Shown here: positions 51,258 through 64,000 of the stretch, piece after piece | Numbering within the stretch: position 1 is the first letter of the stretch | How the letters are laid out: each line of letters starts with the position of its first letter | Assembly (NCBI GenBank): GCA_033442325.1 | Contig: JAWQFM010000027.1 | Location: forward strand, 217,647-281,646 | DNA: 64,000 nt | Source of the DNA: Salpingoeca rosetta | Lineage: Eukaryota > Protista > Choanoflagellata | Direction of reading: 5' to 3' | Notes under the pieces: model-generated | What the model was told of the DNA's origin: nothing | The model's database searches: none | Seen by the model: the letters and a program-made list of their open reading frames with translations, nothing else | Translations under genes and position numbers: made by a program

Positions 51258-52049
51258 GACACGCATGCATACCTCCTCGTCAAGGGCATCATCAAAGCGG
51301 CGATTGGCGCGTTGCTTGACGTGGTGGCCAAACTTCTTGCTCTCTATCGTGACTTGTAAGCTGTGCTTGTTCGCCTGCATTCGTTGATAGGCGTGCGCAC
51401 GGCGTGCGCAGATGTCGACGTGAGGTGGATTGCTTGACCGAGAAGAGATAGACAGAGACAGAGACACAGAGAGAGAGAGAGACAGATAGAGAGACAGAGG
51501 GAGACAGAGAGAGACAGAGACAGAGACAGAGACAGAGACAGAGACAGAGATAGATAGATAGATACATACATACATACATACATACATACATACATACATA
51601 CATACATACATACATACACATACATACATACACACACATACATACGTACACGCAGATACACACACATACAGACGAACAGATACACAAATGCAGACACACG
51701 CACAGACACACAAACAGATACACACAGATACAGACATGTACAGAGCACTCACGCCAGTTTGCGGCCTAGAGCTCATGGTGGATCCTGGCTGTCCACGACT
51801 CCGCGCGTGGCGTTGGCTGTGACCGCTACCAGCGCGCCCGTTACCCGCGCTGTCGCTCTTCCTGCCATCATCGCCTTTGCTGTTCGCATCACCGCCGTTA
51901 TTGTCGCCGCCGTCGTTGACGTTGGAGAACGTGAATGTGTTATTGTCCGCGTCAACCCTGCTGTTGGGGCGGCTGCTCCCGTCTCCACCGGGCAGGGACG
52001 AGCGGTCCACGCCAACAAAGCCATCCCGCGACAGCTGGAAGAACGACAT
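49965..52049 (-). CDS. Hypothetical coiled-coil protein
   Basis: About six GT-AG exons: MSFFQLSRDGFVGV... ANKHSLQVTIESKKFGHH... WRAKQDTYKVHAYGTPEQKKQYQ ENLRQEILTQL... LMDTRKRE..ERTLLDQESFNWSKTLT*. Confidence 0.72.
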
Positions 52050-52087
52050 CTTCCGGTGAGAGGGTGTGCGTGTATGTACGTATGTGT

Positions 52088-52133
<46 letters not shown>

Positions 52134-52665
52134 GTGCTGCGCGCCTCAACACAGAGCAGAGGTGTTGTGTTGTGGTGTTCGTTGTGTTCGTCCTTGTGGT
52201 GCTTGTTCGTTGTGTGTGTGTGTATTGGGTTGTCAAGAGACAGAAGAGAGCGAAAATTTCGCTGCGAAGATGACGAAAGGACAAGACAGGAGGGTTGGAT
52301 TTGCACCGTATTGTTGCTGGTGTTGCTGGTGTTGTCTCTTCTGCTGTCGCTCGACCCAGGCTTCCATTTCTCTCACCGCCCCTTGTGACCCCTCTCCTCG
52401 CCGGCCCCCCCCCACTCATATGCCTCCTCTCTCCAATGCTACACACTTGAGTCGTACACGCGTGCACGCACGCATAGTCTGCTGGCAGAAGCGTTGTTTA
52501 CTGGGGTCAAACACTCTCCACCTTCATCAAACAGCACAGCACAACACAACACAGCACACAGGCAACGCAAGTCGCGCTGTTGCGCATGAGGGAGACAAGG
52601 GCACATGACGGGCGCTTGGAAGATGAGGCGACCAAGGCACCAGCACGGCCTACACATACACAAAT

Positions 52666-52715
<50 letters not shown>

Positions 52716-52977
52716 CAACCCCACCGGTGGTCTGACACGACGACGGACGTAAACGCTATAGCAGCGGTATTTTGCATACGGGCGCCCGCGTTTCTCGGTA
52801 TCCTGAGACGATATCGTGGCGCAGTACCGGGAGCACGTACGAGCTGTCAACTGTACCGGGTCTAGACACTTAATCCCGAAGCGAGCTAGCAATCACACAC
52901 AATCACGTGCAGCAACTCTCAAACAACACAACACAACACAGCACATCAAGCAAGGACAAGGACACACTCACAACAGC

Positions 52978-53491
52978 TTAGTGGTGCTCATCGTGGTGCT
53001 TGTGGGGGTTGAGGTACTCTGTGGTAAAACAGTTGTCGTCGTGCAAGGAAGCAAATGAAGAAGAACGGGTGGGTGGTGTGAGAAGACGAGGCAATGACGT
53101 GTTGGATGAAGGGAGAGGGGTGCAGAGAGAGGAGGGTGTCAGACGTGCACATGATCCATCTCAACAGAAAAGAACAGCACATGGATGTACGTACACACGC
53201 AAATCTTAGCACAAGCACGCACACACGAAGGCAAAAACACGCAGACATAATCATAACACACACGCACAGACACACAGACACACACGCACGCACACACAGA
53301 CACACAGACACGAGCACACAACGCCCCCCCAACACACACACAGACACACGCACACGATGATGTCACAACGTACTGGAGTTCTCCTTCATCTCGTCTGTGA
53401 TGTCGATGGAGAGGAAGATGTAGCCCGTGACAGCAAAGCCGACGAGAAACTCGCGGATGGGGCGCAGCGCCTTGACAGCCTGACCGAACAT
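52978..53491 (-). CDS. Mitochondrial ATP synthase small membrane subunit (6 kDa / subunit i-j, Atp18-like), 52 aa
   Basis: Exons 53491-53374 and 53018-52978 give MFGQAVKALRPIREFLVGFAVTGYIFLSIDITDEMKENSKYLNPHKHHDEHH. One TM helix; FLVGFAVTG and T-x-E-x-x-x-N-S resemble the plant-type 6 kDa subunit as I recall it. Confidence 0.65.
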
Positions 53492-53630
53492 CTTCTCTTT
53501 TTGTGCTGAGCGTGGGGGACACGAGAGGGGAAGACTGTACTTGCACAGCGAGACACACAAAGGTTGTGGCGGTGTGAGAGACCGTGAGTGGACGATGGAA
53601 AGGATGAAGTACAACCGGCAGCCCAAATGC

Positions 53631-53712
53631 AAGCAGTGCAAGTGTAGACAGACACAGGCTTGAAAGCAGTGCAAGTGTAGACAGACACAGGCTTGAAAGC
53701 AGTGCAAGTGTC
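53631..53712. repeat. 33-nt minisatellite, about 2.5 copies
   Basis: Tandem copies of aagcagtgcaagtgtagacagacacaggcttga upstream of the ATP synthase subunit ATG, probably in a 5' UTR intron. Confidence 0.85.
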
Positions 53713-53827
<115 letters not shown>

Positions 53828-54155
53828 CACACACACACTGCTGCTCATATCCACCTGTTGCGTGCGATGAGGAAAAATACAGCATATCATACACCATTTC
53901 TCGTTTGACCACAGATTCGTGTGTTGCGTGAGTGCTGGTGGAGATGGAGAGGAGGCTGCTGTGCTTTCGCTGTGTTGCCTTGCCAGCTTGGTTGCTTTGG
54001 TCACACTGCGTTTATGTGCGGTGATGCTTTGCATTCTAGCGCTCGCACGTTGAACTGACGGTCCTCACTTGTTGTTCATCATTGCTGTGCATCATCGCTG
54101 TGCATACACAGGCCATCTCGCTCTTTGTTTCAACAGCAACAACAACACAACAACA

Positions 54156-55131
<976 letters not shown>

Positions 55132-55530
55132 AGCCGATGCACGCTCGTTTTGCGTGTCTGTTGTGTTCTTGCTTACGTTCGTACCTGTCCACTCAACTGT
55201 CTCGCTTGTTCTCGTGTGAGTGTGTGTGTGTGTGTGATAATTGTGTGGTTAACGTCGCATTGTAATGTGATGTTTTCTCTCTGTGGTTGTGTCTGTTGTG
55301 TGCGTCTGGGAGCACGTGCTCTCGCTCGTTTGTGTATGTCTCGTGCTGAAAACCACATGGTGTGCTTGTTGCCACTGTGCTCACGCCCATAAACATCTTC
55401 GACTGGGGAGACACTATGCCAAAACAGCCTCGCAACAACTGAACGTGACGGAACCGCAAGTGACTTGGCCACAACACACACAATCCCACAATCCCACACA
55501 CACACACACACACACAATCACACACACACA

Positions 55531-55568
<38 letters not shown>

Positions 55569-55571
55569 TGA

Positions 55572-63867
<8,296 letters not shown>

Positions 63868-64000
63868 CCGTCCGTCGTCGCCTCAGGTTGTTACAGCAGC
63901 ACAAGCACCAACCTCCAGTCTGTCTTCACGTGTATTTTGTTGTGGGCGCTCTGCTGATGTGAGAGCTTGCTGTGGATTTGCGGGTGCTACACTTTATCGT

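Noticed and set aside
52870-52892. Minus-strand GCTCGCTTCGG resembling the 5' end of U6 snRNA
   Set aside because: No ACAGAGA box or other U6 core sequence follows.
53631-53712. 33-nt direct repeats of CRISPR-like length
   Set aside because: The repeats are contiguous with no unique spacers, there are no cas genes, and the context is eukaryotic; it is a minisatellite.

Overview
Gene-dense, intron-rich eukaryotic DNA full of (GT)n/(CA)n and trinucleotide microsatellites. The style and gene content suggest a choanoflagellate such as Salpingoeca rosetta (inference, not verified). Most entries in the ORF track are microsatellite artefacts, so I rebuilt genes by hand from GT-AG junctions and reading-frame phase. 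In order, the window holds: the 3' part of a TKL kinase (+); an ankyrin-repeat gene built largely from 99-nt exons (-); a single-pass receptor kinase with a Kelch/Cys-rich/EGF ectodomain (+); an unknown coiled-coil protein (-); a Pro- and Tyr-motif-rich adaptor with an ADAP/FYB-like SH3 domain (+); an NLR-like protein with a degenerate NACHT and RNI-type LRRs (-); a small intronless putative mitochondrial protein (-); a RERE/MTA-like BAH-ELM2-SANT-GATA co-repressor (+); a GT17/MGAT3-like protein lacking its DxD motif (+); a CDK9/12-like kinase (+); the 3' part of KIN17 (-); a CAMK-like kinase cut by a gap (-); COA4 (+); an unknown coiled-coil protein (-); an ATP synthase 6 kDa/i-j-like subunit (-) head-to-head with QCR8 (+); and ELP1 (-). 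There are two N gaps. I could not support any rRNA, tRNA, CRISPR array or intact transposon. The most notable observations are the NLR-like gene overlapping an ADAP-like adaptor near receptor kinases, complementary GT-rich/CA-rich intron ends that could fold introns, and a 170-bp island packed with perfect palindromes.
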